A stretch of 61,854 bases of DNA, filler included, from Thelocarpon superellum (GCA_026025795.1; 3 parts of 3 records of this genome joined end to end with filler, not necessarily neighbours in it); one strand, 5' to 3'. Numbered from the whole stretch's first letter, positions 49,090 to 61,854 are shown. Program-made: numbers and translations. The notes: a model not told the origin generated them from the letters alone.

Positions 49090-52000
49090 ATGGCTCCTTC
49101 GCCCGCGACGCCGGCGAGACGCATCTCACAGCGGAACGACGACGACGGTGCGAGCCCTCTACGAAGACCCAAGATCACCCTGACCGATGCAATCCTGGGT
49201 CGCAACCTGACTCCCCGCCGGGCCTCGAAGGACCTGGCAGGGCCTTTGGGACGCTACGACACCAACACTGTCCGGGACCGAGTGCGCCAGTGGCAAGATC
49301 AGGGCGGAGGCGTGGTCGAGAAGCATGACCTCGCGGCCGGTCTGCCTGAGGCGACACCGGTCGTGAGCGATGCTAGCACCAACCACCCTGCCGTCGTCCT
49401 CGGCGAGACGGCCGGACGCAGCAGGAAGGCCAGGCGAAGGGACACCGACGTCGCCCCCGACGACTCGGCCTCAAGGAAAACGCCAACCAAGCCGAAGAAA
49501 CGCGTCTTGAGCGACGGGCATTGGGTAAAGACAAAGGCGTCGCCCCCCAAAACGCCGCTCGCCACGACCCCCAAAAGCGCTCGCAACGTTTCGGGGCCGC
49601 ACACCAAAGGCGACGGTATCCGCGTTTCCCCAATGACCGAGCACCCCGTCCGACACTCACGCGAACAAGACGAAGAGAACCGCACGCCACCGCGGAGCTT
49701 GGTCGACAGCGACGGCATCCGCGTCTACAGCGCCTCGAGAAAGTCAGCCAAACACCACCGACCCGAGCGCGCGCGGGACTATCGCGGAAAGACGCCAGTG
49801 TTGCGAAGCGACGACGAGAGCGACAACCAGCGACCATCGTCGTGCACGGACCATTCCCCGCCGCAAAAGAAACGCTCGGACAGTCGTCGGACCAAGGAAA
49901 GAGACACAACGCCGTACATGTCGGGTGCACTCGGGCAGGAGGACTATGGCAATCGACAGAGAGGAAGCCGTTGTATGAGCGGAACGTCAGAGAATAATCC
50001 ACGCTCGCCAGAGATGGGCTTTCTCGAGCGACGTAAGTCCAAATCGACAACTCCCAAGGTGAGCATTTTGAGGGAGGTCTATGACGAAGGGAAGAGGATC
50101 TTCAGCAAGTCCGACTCGGGCTCCGTCGCGGCAGGGCAGGGAAATCGTATCGAGGCATGGCTGAGCGACACCCCGGACCCCTTCCTTGATGGCCCCGTAC
50201 CCATGTTTGACCCGACGGTGCCGCTGCCCATGACCCCCCCCGACCCACCCCCCTGGCATCTCGGTGAGCACGGAGGCTACTTCGCCGACGGGGATGGAGA
50301 CGGAGAGGGGGCGGAAGCAAGAGGGAGTGGGAGCCGAAGGCGCAGGCGAGCTCGTGAGACGAGCGAGACGAAGCCTGCAACACCAGCGGTTCACGATAGG
50401 TCATCACCGTCCGAGTCAGACTATGGGGAGCCCATCAGCGTTGGGAAGAGGCCTGCCGGTTCAAGCCCAGGAGCAGCCGCATCAGGGTCGCCGACCCTAA
50501 AGAGGACCGGAGCCATGCGAGGTCCAACGTCGCCGAATCGGATCAAACGCCGATCGGTATCGCGAACAAACCATTTCGCGGATGATTTCCGTGCGCTCGA
50601 TGAGGACTTGCCGCCAGACTTGAGTCCATCGAAGCCGGCGGAGAATGAAGAACCACTCGTGGGCTCCCACTTCTCCTTCAAGCGACCATTTCCCTCCACC
50701 GGCCGGCATCAGCTCTCCACCATTGCATCCGAGGAGACCCTCCGCACCTTGGCAGAGTCCACGGGGCCGACGATCAAGCGAGACGCACCACGTCAATCGA
50801 GTGCGCCCCGCGCACCCCTCGAACAAGTCCCGGAGGCGCAGCCTTTTGATCCAACATCCTTGCAGCGCGAACTTGACGCGAGAACAACCACGGGTCTGAA
50901 GCGGCGATTGACGACGCACCCTGACTTGATCTCCGTGCTCTCTCTCCCGCAAGCGGGATCGAAGAGTATCAGGTCGGCGCGAAGTATCCGATCCAATCGC
51001 ACCAGACTTGCGACGGCAACCCTGGCAGACGTCATGACGGAGCTGGCCACCGAGGAGGACAAGTACATTCGCGAGCTCAACACTCTCGTCGACGGCGTCA
51101 TTCCAGTCTTGCTCACCTGCGTGCTTTCCAAGTCGGATTCCGCCGTGGCCGCCGGTCTCTTTAACCCCACGGCCGACAGCAGAGATGACCCAAGTTTCAC
51201 ACGGCCAATTGTGGATATGGGCATCGCATTGGAGAGGCTGAAGAGCTCCCATAAGCGCCTTCCCCGCGACGACCCTCAGCAGTTCCTTCACTGGGCACAG
51301 GGCGCGCAAAAGGTCTACAAGGAATACCTGCGATCGTGGCGCATGGGCTTCCAGGACGTCGTCGTCAATCTGGCACCGGCGGACCCCGCCGATCCCGCGA
51401 TCACTGGTGACCCGTCCGCCGGTGAGAACCCGTTCGATGGGGGCCTGCCACGGAATGCAGAGGGCGACGTAATCAACGGAGAGGGAGAGCGAGTCGACGT
51501 GGCATTCTTGTTGAAACGCCCGTTGGTGCGCATCAAATACCTGGCCAAGACCCTGAAGGGTATTAACCTCAACCGGCCCTCGCCCACGGCGGAAGAGCAA
51601 GCGGCTCGCTGGCAGATTCTTGTGGCGGATGCGCGACAACGGAGCAATGAAGAGAAGGCGCGCTTGGAGGACGAAGCCGCTGCCAACATCGACTCGACGC
51701 GGGCGCGGGATCCCCGAACCTTGGCGCCTCTGGCCGGAGTTAGCATCGACCGGACCCGGCACGTGCGGGCGCGAGATTATTTCAGCCTGGATCTGCCCCA
51801 CTCCAGTGGGCAGCGACTGGATTGCAAGATCGAGGTGCTCCTCCGGGACGGCGACGCGGGCCGGAGCAGCGGTGGAGATCTGCTCATCTGCGAAGTCGAC
51901 CCATCCGCACGCTGGCTGCTGTTCCCACCCATTACCACTGGATGCTACTCGGCCCGTAATGGCGACCTCAAGGGGGAGATTGTGCTCATGATCCGTGGCA

Positions 52001-54575
52001 GCAGCGGCCCTGGCCACGAATGGCGCGAGCTGCTCTCGCTGCAGACCGATGACGAACAAGTCGGGTTCGAGTGGGTGCAGATGCTTGGACTGACCCCAGT
52101 GCCGCCATCAATCACGCGTCGGCCATCCTTTGTCCGTGGAGCGGAACGTTTGATGATCGGGCCGGAAGCGGACCCTGCTTCCCCTGTTGGAATCCCACAG
52201 ACACCAAGTCCGCGAGAGATTGAAATTCCCATTGGCGCACGCCCTCTGGGCATGGCTTCCAAGGCACCGGCTGGCCTAAACACGACCCCTGACCCGCACC
52301 GTGACAATGCGCGGCGTGCATCGCCTCCCACGTCTCCGGTTTCACCGCCATCGCGGCGACATTCTCACCTCGAGAAGGGGCTCTCCATCTCACCGCCTTC
52401 GCGCAAGACCTCGGCACGCCAGGACGGTCTGGGCGAGTATGCCACCTCGCCGCGAGATCTTAACGATGCGATGATGCGGGCGGGTGGGTCAGGGAATCGG
52501 TTGAAGCGGACCAAAGCCCGACGGTACTCGCGGCAAGGGGATGGTTCCCCCACGACGCCCAAGTCCTCGCGCTACTCCGGCCCATCGGGATCAGACCGGG
52601 AGACCCCACCGTCCAAGGTCGCCTCTGATGGCCGCTTGCCGCGCGGAAGCTCCTGGTCGGGTCGACAGGAACCAGCGTCGGCGGACGCGTCGTTTGGACG
52701 AACCGACTCACCTCATCCTCCACCGCTATCGACGCCTTCCCAAGGCGGCGATCCTCACGCCCAACATGAGCCCCAGAGCTCGAAGAGCCTCCCCGATCAC
52801 GGGGACCGACGCACGTCCTCCGTGCCGACAATGGATTTGCCTCCTGTCTCGAAACTCCGAAAGAAGAGCGCGCCGGAGCCCGTGCGCGAGGACGGTGGTG
52901 GCGAGCGGACTCGGAATGTTCTGCGCAAGCGCACGGCGCGTGGGGATGATGGAGTGACGATGGATCCTGAGGATCGGCCGCCAGCGCCGCCACCACATCG
53001 CATTCACAGCCCGGTGCTGGTCGCGGGATCGAAGACGCCGAAACTTCCGTCCCCTGGATCGGGGAAGCGTGTCAAGTCGAATCGTCGACCATCCTCGCCG
53101 CTCAAGCGCGAATACGAACCCTCATCTGCCTCTGACTCGGCGGCCTCTGAAGATTCGGCGACGGATCGCGGAGAAGAAAGCTCGATGTCGTCCGACGACG
53201 AGCTCGAGGATGGCGACGTGCCCACGCCACTTGTTCCCTTGGGCACGCTACGACGCCTCACCAAGGGGGCGGAGCGCACCTCGACCTACTCGCCTCCCAA
53301 TGACACCGTGACCCCGTCGCAGTCAGCGTCACAAGCTCCGTACAAGACGGTGCCGGCGCAACCGCTCATGGGCAACAAGACGGTGGCGTCCATGTACTCG
53401 TGGTCAGATAGCAAAGGCTCGTGGAATCTGCTGCACCCGGATGAGTGCAGCATCGTCGTTAGTCCTGGCCTGATCCAGGCCTACGAGATGACCGCGGCAC
53501 ATTCGAAGCCCGTGACGGCCGAGCTGCGCTCCGAGTCAGACGGGTCGTCGGCGATGCGCGACGGCAACGAACGACCGCTGGTGGCCATGGAGCTGACGCC
53601 GTTGGTACCGCTCCGTCGCGGGACGGCGCTGGACATCTCGATCAAGTCGCCGCCGACGGCACATTCCACGATCCGCTCGGGCAATCATGTCATGTTCCGC
53701 TCGCGCAACCCCGAGGAGTGCGAGGCGCTCTACGGCATGATCAACATTGCACGCATCAACAACCCCACATACAACGCGCTGGAGAGAGCGCGCGGGCCAT
53801 ATGGCGGGTCGATGGGGACGGGCATGAGTGGGCCGACATCCTCACGGAGCGGATGGTGGGGCTGGGGCGGTCGCAAGAACAGCTACCGGGCCTCTAGCCG
53901 CGGGGTCACGAGCCTGGCGACGTCGGAGAGCAGCGTGGGGACGGTGAACTCGGCCTTCTCCGCGCTCCGACGATTCGGCGGCGGACGGTCCTTCAACATC
54001 GCGCGATCCTCGGTCGGGTCTCGCGGCGACAGTCGCTCGGACAGCGTGTACACGTCCTCGTCCAACTCCAGCCTCCACAAGGATGGCTCGGATTCGCCCT
54101 CGGACCCGTCCAAGACGTCGGCGCCCATCGGCTTGTCGAATGCGCGGATCCGACTGTACCAACGCGAGACGGCGTCCAAGTGGCGCGACATGGGCACGGC
54201 TCGTCTGAGCATCACCGCGCCCCCTGCCGGCTTCCACCGCCATGGCTCGGACGGACGCGACAAGCGCATCTTGGTCAACGGCAAGACGGCGGGCGAGCCG
54301 CTGCTGGACGTGTGTCTCGGGGAGGGCGCGTTTGAGCGGGTGGGCCGGACGGGAATCGCCTGCATCGTCTGGGAAGAGATCGCCGGGCCCAACGGTGAAC
54401 TGGGCCAAGTCGGGGCCGTGGGGGGAGTGGGGGCTCGGACCAAGGTTTACATGATCCAGGTGGGCCCATGATTGACCTTCCGGCTCATGCGGACGTGCTT
54501 GCTGACGCGGGGTAGATGAAATCCGAGGCGGATGCGGCGTACACCTTTTCGTTAGTGGGCAAGTTCCGGTACTGA
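49090..54575 (+). CDS. Large (~1800 aa) fungal protein with Dbl-homology-like and PH-like domains (putative RhoGEF-like scaffold); 2 exons
   Basis: 5.37-kb first exon. DH-like signatures VMTELATEEDKYIRELNTLVDGVIP and FLLKRPLVRIKYLAKTL, followed by beta-rich domains. Intron 54460-54515, then MKSEADAAYTFSLVGKFRY*. Confidence 0.8.
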
Positions 54576-55741
54576 TTGGGTGGCAGGGAGGGGCGATCGG
54601 GTTGCGGGCGCTTTGCTCCAGACGGAGGCCTGTCATTTCGGGGGCGGACGTCACGACGTGAAAGTCGCCACGCAATGAACGAGATTTTCCTTCTTGAAGA
54701 TAACCTTTGATGTGATCAATGAGGCATTGAATGGGAGGTATTCTCATTTGATGCTAGCAGACCAATGGAGGCAGCATCTGGACTTTGCTCATCTTGCTTC
54801 TACCTTCCGTGGGCCCGACGCCGGGCTATCGTTGTCGAGAAATACGAGGTACCATTTCTGTAGCCTGCTTGTGTGCGAACCTCCGCGGAGTATCCAACCT
54901 GCAGCTCGTACTTGTCCTCCCTCCGCGGAGCATCCAACCCGTAGCTCGTTCCTGTTTCCCCTCTGCTCACGCGACCTCGCAGGGTGCGACTGGTGGTAGA
55001 CGATGTAAGGCGCCCGATGATGGGGAAACTTTGATCAATCAGATCTACAGAGACGGGGCGACCAGCGTCAGGCCTGGCGGAAAGTAGCCGACCTGGGGCG
55101 ACGGGAGCAGAAGTCGGGTTGCCCGACCAGGCGCTCGCTGGCCGCCACCGTCAAGCCACCCCAGGAGGGCACGCCATCCCTGCGTCTGCGGCTAAACGAC
55201 CTACAAGTTAGTGGGAAAGGAATGGCCCCAGCTACCGCGTTCAACCGTTCGTCTCCACCGAGCCCGACCGAGTAACTTCTCACCGTCGGCGCCACGACTG
55301 CCCAATGCCGTTGGACAGGTTGACATCATGCCCACCGTCCCAGCGCTGCGACGCTCACTAGACAGCTTCTGGCTACGTTGGGAAGGAGGAAAGCTGCGCC
55401 CGCGGGCATGCTGAGCAAGGCGGTCCCAATTGGATGCCTGCCCGTCTGTTTGTCCGCACACTAACCTGTAACCCTGCCTCTGGCTGCGAAGATCCTGTAC
55501 TACTCCTACCAGACCATGGCAGATGGAGGGTGGCACCAAGATCCCCACCGCTGGTCGCTGGGTGCGTGGAAGAGCTTGGCCTTGTTTGTCAAGGTCGAGC
55601 TCCCGGCCTCTTCCCGGCCGCTCGATGCTGACTTCCTCTCGCTGGTACCGCGAAGGTATCACCGTTTTCCATCGAACTCCCATTCCCGTCTCCAGGCTCA
55701 ATCACTCTCGATCCGTGCCGCGTCGACGTCGTACCTTGATC

Positions 55742-57333
55742 ATGGCGAACAAGCCCATCTTCGTGGCGACGCATCCCCGAGCCTGCTCGACGGCCTTTGA
55801 GCGGGTCAGTCGCCACGATCATGATCTATCCGCGCCCTGATCAACCTCGCCATCTCGCCCCTGGCCGTGATTGCTGATGATGCCGGTCGTAGGTCTTCAT
55901 GACGTGCCGAGACACCTTGACCTGTATCCACGAACCATTTGGGGATGCATTTTACTTTGGGCCTGAACGGCTGAGTGCACGCTATGAGGACGATGTGAAG
56001 GCGAGACGCGACAGTGGCTTCAGCAACTCCACGTACAAGACTGTCCTGGACAAGATGGAAGGCGAGGCTGCTGAGGTCGGATGCCACCTTCTCTCTTCTC
56101 GCAGTCGTCGTCTACCTTCTTCTCCTCCCCTCTTTCGCCCATCGCGTCTCTACGTAGCGCCGAGCGATAGACCGAATGGAACACACCCCTTTCGATCCTC
56201 TTCCCTGCATCTTCCACCACCACCCCGTGATATATAAGCATGCGTCCCCCTAATTACGCTCTGCCCCCGGACACGCTCCCGCAGATCGTCATAGGTCGAG
56301 GGGGCCCTTTCCTCTTCCCCTTTCCGTTGCGTCCATCTGTCACTGCTGAAGCCATTCGTCGAGCCGCATGTTGTGCAACGTGCTGCGCCGACCACTTACC
56401 GGTACCGCAGGGCAAACGACTATTTATCAAGGATATCGCCCACTACCTGATTCCTCCCAAAGGCGGCGCCGCCAGCATTGCCTCGTCGCTGCAACGGTCT
56501 GCACCTCGCAAGGGCGTGGGAACGAGCACCGACACCATCGTGGAGCCTCACAATCCAACTGTCATCCCAGCATCGATCCTGGAGACCTTTCACTTCACGT
56601 TCCTCATCCGCCATCCACGCTCCAGTATCCCGTCTTACTACCGCTGTACCATTCCGCCACTCAACGCTGTCACAGGATTTGACACCTTCCTCCCCGAAGA
56701 AGCGGGATACAACGAGCTACGCCGCCTCTTCGACTATCTGCGCTCAGTTGGGCAGATTGGCACCGTCGGGACCCCCAGTAATGGTAGCAACAGGCCGCCC
56801 GAGAATCCGTGCAGGGACGGCACGAGCCAAGCCACTATTTGCGTCGTGGATGCTGACGACCTCCTGCATAATCCATCGGGCATCATCGAAGCGTACTGCG
56901 ACAGCGTCGGCCTACCGTACACACCTGGTATGCTCACGTGGGACAAGCCATCGGATCAAGAAAGCGCAAAGGCGGCCTTTGCCAAATGGCATGGCTTCCA
57001 CGAAGATGCCATTGAGAGTACATCTCTCCGTCCCAGACCGCACGTGAGTCTTCCTCGGCTGTGCCGGACCCATCCCCGTCTCTCCTCTCCGCCATCTCCA
57101 CGTGTCATCCCTCTCCGTTTACTCCTGTCTCTTATCCCCTGCTCCGTTCATCCCGACGCACTTCTGTCTAACAAAGTGACCCAATATAGCGCAAAATACC
57201 CAAAAGCAGAGAAGACGAAGACTCCGAATGGCGCGGAAAATACGGCGAGGACGGTGCGCGGGTCATTCGGGAGACAGTCGATGCCAACATCTCGCATTAC
57301 GAGTACTTGAAGGAATTTGCGATCCGTGTGTGA
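55742..57333 (+). CDS. P-loop sulfotransferase-like family protein; 4 exons
   Basis: MANKPIFVATHPRACSTAFER|VFMT...HEPFGDAFYFGPE, GKRLFIKD, FTFLIRHP..SIPSYY, VVDADDLL..P, WHGFHEDAIESTSL. Last exon ends YEYLKEFAIRV*. Confidence 0.85.
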
Positions 57334-57794
57334 TCTGATTTGATCCTATTGATTCTGAGGAGAGCCTGGCCTGGCCTGGCTTGGTTTGACTTGCTTCATT
57401 TGTATGAGAGGAAGGGAGAGGACGGGTACACGCTCGATGACTACCAAATGACGATGATAAAGGTACACGAGGAGAAGAAGTCATCCAATGGATATGCGAA
57501 AAGTACATGCAAAAGTACTCCTACATTTTTTCTGATCAAGGATGCTGCATTTACTCCAGTCAGTTTTACTCACTCACCCACACACTCACTCCCTTACTCG
57601 CTTAGATACGCATACTTCTACAGGGGGAGAAGAAACCAGAGTAGATTGAGGAGGAAAAGGAAGAAGAAGAGAAGGAGAAGAAGAAAAAGGGAGAGAGACA
57701 AGGAGATGGAAAGAGAGATATTGAGAGAAAGAGAGGAGGGCAAGACAAGGCGGAAGAAGACCAGACGACGTTCCACCATCCTTCACCCTCACAC

Positions 57795-58883
57795 TCATAC
57801 CGCGCTGTATCCCCCTCTTGACCCACCGCCTTGAGCCGTGTTGATCACGCGTCGCGTCCAGTCTTTCATCAGGTAGGGGATATCTCTGATCGTGTCGCCG
57901 TGCGGAAGGAGATCCCATCTTGATGCGCCCCGTATCAGTGAGTCGCACGTAGCTTATCAACAGAGAGAAGATGGTCGAACTAACCCACGCGCGCCATATC
58001 GGTTGTAGTTTAACCATGATCCGAAGATTAGGTACGTGGCTGTTGCGAGGAAGGCGCTGGTGTTTTCCGTATTAGTGTGGACAGTCATGCTGGTGGCGGC
58101 TGATGGCACGTACATGATGATGAACCAGGTGAAGAAGCCCCAATGGCCGTTCGAGTCATCGTCGTCTCCATTCATGGCGTCTTCGCACGCGTGCTTGGTC
58201 AGCCATTCTAACCGGAGCACGTCCTCTTGGCTCTCTTCGTCGTCGACGGGCCCGTAGCTGATGAAGCGGAGGTTCTGGCCCTCCGTGTCTGGCTCGTCTT
58301 CGTCCTCTTCGTCCTCTTCGTCCTCCTTGGCCGCCCGGCGCCGGTCTGGCGCCTCGTCTTCTGCCTCCTTGTCGCACAGAAACTCAATCACGGCCGTCTG
58401 CTTGCGTCCGGCCTTCGTCTGCGGGTAGCGTCCTCCGTGTAATTCCATACGCAGCCCCTCCTTCTGTGAGTCTCCATGGCTGGCGCTGGTCTTGAGCCGG
58501 GTCACCGCGGCATCGATGGGTCGGCCATGGTCGAAGTTGCCCGCGATCGGTCGCACGGACCGGATGGTGCTGCTATCATCGGCGGAATTGATGATGCGCT
58601 CGATGCCACAGACGCGAGTGAAATTCGGACATGAGTCTTCTTTTGGGGTTTTCTTGGGCACGACCAGCGGTTGACAGATGTCGATGGTGTAGGTCGTGTT
58701 GGAGATTGACGGGGGCTCCTTGACGATGTGCGACACAGAGTGAGGTCCGCCGAGCCCGGAAAGATCAAACGACTTCTTCTGGACCCGGATATGGCTGCAG
58801 TCGATGTCCGATGCGATGATCAGGGAAGGTAGGAGAAGGGTGGTGGTGGTGAGGAAGAGTGGGCGAGCCTGTCGTATCCGCAT
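57795..58883 (-). CDS. ATG27: Autophagy-related protein 27 (MRH-domain type I membrane protein); 3 exons
   Basis: Signal peptide, FDLSGLGGPH, YTIDICQPL, LRLEWLTKHACE, HWGFFTWFII, YLIFGSWLNYNRYGARG|WDLLPHGDTIRDIPY, C-terminal RGGYSAV. Confidence 0.93.
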
Positions 58884-59200
58884 GGCGGAAGAGGTGGAGG
58901 ATCTCAAGCCACCTGGGATGAGACGTGCACGAGAGACGGTGAGGTTCAGGCTCGAGAGAAGCTGCTTGTTGCCTCACAAAGGACGTACCAAAAGGACTGG
59001 ATCGGGGATGTCTCGTGCTGGACTCCCGAGACGTGTTCCAACGACGGCCGACAGGAGCTCGTGTGATGTCCGAATGCGGATGGTTCAAGGCACCGCTGCG
59101 CCGTCGTAGCGTCGGTCCTGCCACACGTCTTCGCTCGTATGCTGACACACCACAGTTACGTGACCTTGGAGGCTCGCGAGCGTCGCCATCAGCCGGATCC

Positions 59201-59230
59201 ATCACGTGATACTCCCTCGGGTTAGCCCTG
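59201..59230 (+). promoter_or_regulatory. Cbf1-like E-box (ATCACGTGAT) next to a GGGTTAGCCCT element in the ATG27/RPS18 divergent promoter
   Basis: Palindromic TCACGTGA at 59202-59209 followed by GGGTTAGCCCT, ~120-150 nt upstream of the RPS18 ATG. Motif match only. Confidence 0.45.
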
Positions 59231-59350
59231 GCATCGAGCCCACCGTTCGCTTAGTGGGAATCTCTGCAATACTCCCAAGTGAGAACGTTCCGGCCTCATC
59301 TCCATCTCACGAAACGACCTCTCATCGAGTCCAGCCACGACTCGCCCGTC

Positions 59351-59937
59351 ATGTGTAAGTGCACGGTACTCCGGCTCTTCGATCCCCGCTGCGAATTCTG
59401 ATTGAGATCAACTAGCACTCGTCTCTGGAGAGAAGTCGAACTTCCAGTTCATCCTTCGTCTCCTCAATACCAATGTGGAAGGAAAGCAGAAGGTCATGTA
59501 CGCCTTGACCAAGATCAAAGGGGTCGGACGTCGTTACTCCAACCTGGTGTGCAAAAAGGCCGACGTCGATCTCAACAAGCGGTGCGCCCGTCGCTGTTTC
59601 CTTTGATGTCTGGGCGCGCGTAGCTAACGGCATGTCCAGGGCTGGCGAACTCACGTCGGAAGAACTTGAGCGTATCGTCACCATCATCCAAAATCCCACC
59701 CAATACAAGATCCCAACCTGGTTCCTCAATCGACAGCGCGACATCGTTGATGGCAAAGATGGCCAGGTGTTGGCGAACGGAGTGGACAGCAAGCTCCGCG
59801 AGGACCTGGAGCGGTTGAAGAAGATTCGAGCACATCGTGGTCTGCGACACTACTGGGGCCTGCGCGTTCGTGGACAACACTCCAAGACGACGGGCCGGAG
59901 AGGCCGCACGGTTGGTGTGTCGAAGAAGAAGGGTTAG
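59351..59937 (+). CDS. RPS18: 40S ribosomal protein S18 (uS13); 3 exons
   Basis: 4-nt first coding exon ATGT, introns 59355-59415 and 59582-59639. [22 protein letters not shown]...[35 protein letters not shown]. Confidence 0.98.
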
Positions 59938-60232
59938 AGGGACAATGGGAAGGAGGGGTGGGAGAGAACGATGGAACGTGGAAGGGTTGATCTCATGGGC
60001 AGCCTCATGCATGTACCGTCCATGTCATCTTCAAAGAACGAAGATGCCTTGATGCCTTCCCTTCGTCGCCCTCCTACTTGTGACGCCATTGTCGCTGTAA
60101 CAAACGCGGCCAGACTTGGCCGCCTCATTTCTGGACGAGATGATTGCGTTGGATCATGAGACTCTGTTCGGTCAACGCCACGCTGGCTATCTGCGCCGAC
60201 TATGCTGGGGGTGTCTCGATGAGAACGCTTAA

Positions 60233-61322
60233 TCAATCGCCCTCCTGTATCACGGCCATGTCTAGCACCTCCACGCGACCTCGCCCTTTCGTTTCGTTGC
60301 CGATGAACTCTCCAAGTCCTTTGAATACCCCTGGCTCGACGAAGCCAACCACCTCCCACTCTTCCCCCACGTCTTGACGCTCGACTTGCTCGATGTATCC
60401 CATGATTCGGTCCTTGACCGTTCCCTTCCCTGGCTCATCAGCCGCGTCGTCTGCTTCGCTAATCTTAGGCGGGATCTTTGCAGCTTGCTTCAGTATTCCT
60501 GTCGGGCAAGTGATGCGAAGACGCATACGGGCCCGGGTAACGGGAATGGGTTGATGTGTCACTAAGGCGCGCATGGCATCCAGCGCTTGCAACTTGGCCG
60601 ATCGGGTGGCGACGACGCCGGTCCACGAGGGCAAGTCTCTGGCCTTGGCATCCTCGTTGGCGGACCGCTGTGTAGGAGTAGCGGTGTCACTTGCACCTGG
60701 CGTGCCTTTCGTGTCTTGGTGATGAGACTGCGACCCGCGTGCGCTCAGTTCGGCCAAGGCCTTTTCAATCATGCCAAACGTGTAGACTCGCTTGGACCGT
60801 GGGTCTACCAGCTTGCCTGCCACGATATCGACGACCTCATGATGGACACGGTCCAGCTGAGCATGTCGCTCCTTCTCGCCCACTTGAAGCTCGCCCTTGT
60901 TGAGAATGTCGAGGATGATGTCGTGGAGTGGTGTTTTGGCACCGAAAGACTTGGCCAGGTCCTGCGAGGGCGCCGTCTGTCCCTTGCTGACGGACAGAAA
61001 TACGGCGGGAATCTGGAGGACGTTGTCCAGATCGGTTTCCCTTTGGCACATGAGCGTGGTAGGTGTCGGGGGCACGGTAAGCTTACACGCCACTTCTCCA
61101 CTCCAAGACCTTGTTCTTGTAACACGCAATCTCGTATCGCTTCTTGCCTAGTTGATCAGTCTTCGAGCTCGCCACAGCAGGCCGAGAACGTGCGAGACAC
61201 CTACCTTTCTTCATGCGTACAAGGGACACATTGGTCAATTTGATTTGATTGGACGGCTGTCACCAGACGGGTTAGGACGTGACCTGGGCGGAAGGTGGAC
61301 GACTCACTTGATTGATCGGCAT
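60233..61322 (-). CDS. SDO1: Ribosome maturation protein Sdo1/SBDS; 4 exons
   Basis: [82 protein letters not shown]. First intron 61307-61257. Confidence 0.95.
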
Positions 61323-61818
61323 TTTGCACTGATACTTTTCTACGAATCCTCTCTCTCTCTCGAGTGCGGCTGTTCTTGTTGTTACTAGCCGCAGCGCTTA
61401 GGGTACTAACTAGTACTTATCTGCAATTTCGCTGTTGGCAGAGGTATTTGGAGCGCCACTGCTACTTTCTCTACTACTAGTAGTAGTTTGTGATCCTTGA
61501 AGATGCAATAATTTCCAGCGTCAGCAAAGCACCTTGTCCTTTGCATCCCACGACCCTACGCGCGTAGTACGGAATGAGGATCGCAACTGTGAGCCATTTC
61601 TTGAAGAGGGCCGCTTCCAGGGCTGGAGCGTTACCACAACTTACATGACTTCGTGCTCGGCCGTTCGTGACACTTCCTACGCAATGCGACTCTACTACTA
61701 TACTGCGAATGTAGGAATCAGAGCTGAATTGCTAATCTACGCGTAGTCTGGGATAGTGATAGGAGCGGGCACGTGACAAGATCACGTGCGCGCTCTTACA
61801 CGAGTATAGTATACCAAC

Positions 61819-61854
<36 letters not shown>
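61819..61854 (+). repeat. (TAG)n microsatellite, at least 12 units, at the window/contig end
   Basis: Perfect TAG repeat running off the end of the sequence. Confidence 0.95.

Noticed and set aside
61819..61854. (TAG)n as an unusual telomere repeat
   Set aside because: The same repeat occurs on the + strand at a left contig end (20708), where a telomere would read as the complement. Both cannot be telomeres, and a microsatellite is simpler.

Overview
GC-rich genomic DNA of a filamentous ascomycete (Pezizomycotina-type genes; short, mostly 50-100 nt GT-AG introns with CTRAY branch points). The window is not continuous: three ~20.5-kb contigs (1-20607, 20708-41307, 41408-61854) are joined by artificial N44-TTAATTAATTAA-N44 spacers. 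I can support 21 intron-aware gene models. Contig 1: MFS transporter, MDP1, Nup98-Nup96, centrin CDC31, four-finger C2H2 transcription factor. Contig 2: a frameshifted secreted-protein gene with a ~70-aa Asp/Glu expansion, a HAUS3/augmin-like subunit, CYS4, SRP receptor beta, AKR1, TTI1, eIF5, aldo-keto reductase. Contig 3: truncated CxxC protein, AA11 LPMO, PUS7, large DH/PH-like protein, sulfotransferase-like P-loop protein, ATG27, RPS18, SDO1. I found no rRNA, convincing tRNA, transposon or CRISPR, and no clearly new multi-gene system. The best leads are an AA11 LPMO whose axial Tyr is replaced by Asn; an eIF5 mRNA with weak-context uORFs, a candidate leader intron and a G-quadruplex-type 3' UTR repeat; a ~1.2-kb AUG-depleted spliced leader on the C2H2 gene; and an oversized intron with two in-frame acceptors. 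All family assignments come from motif recognition by eye, with no database search.
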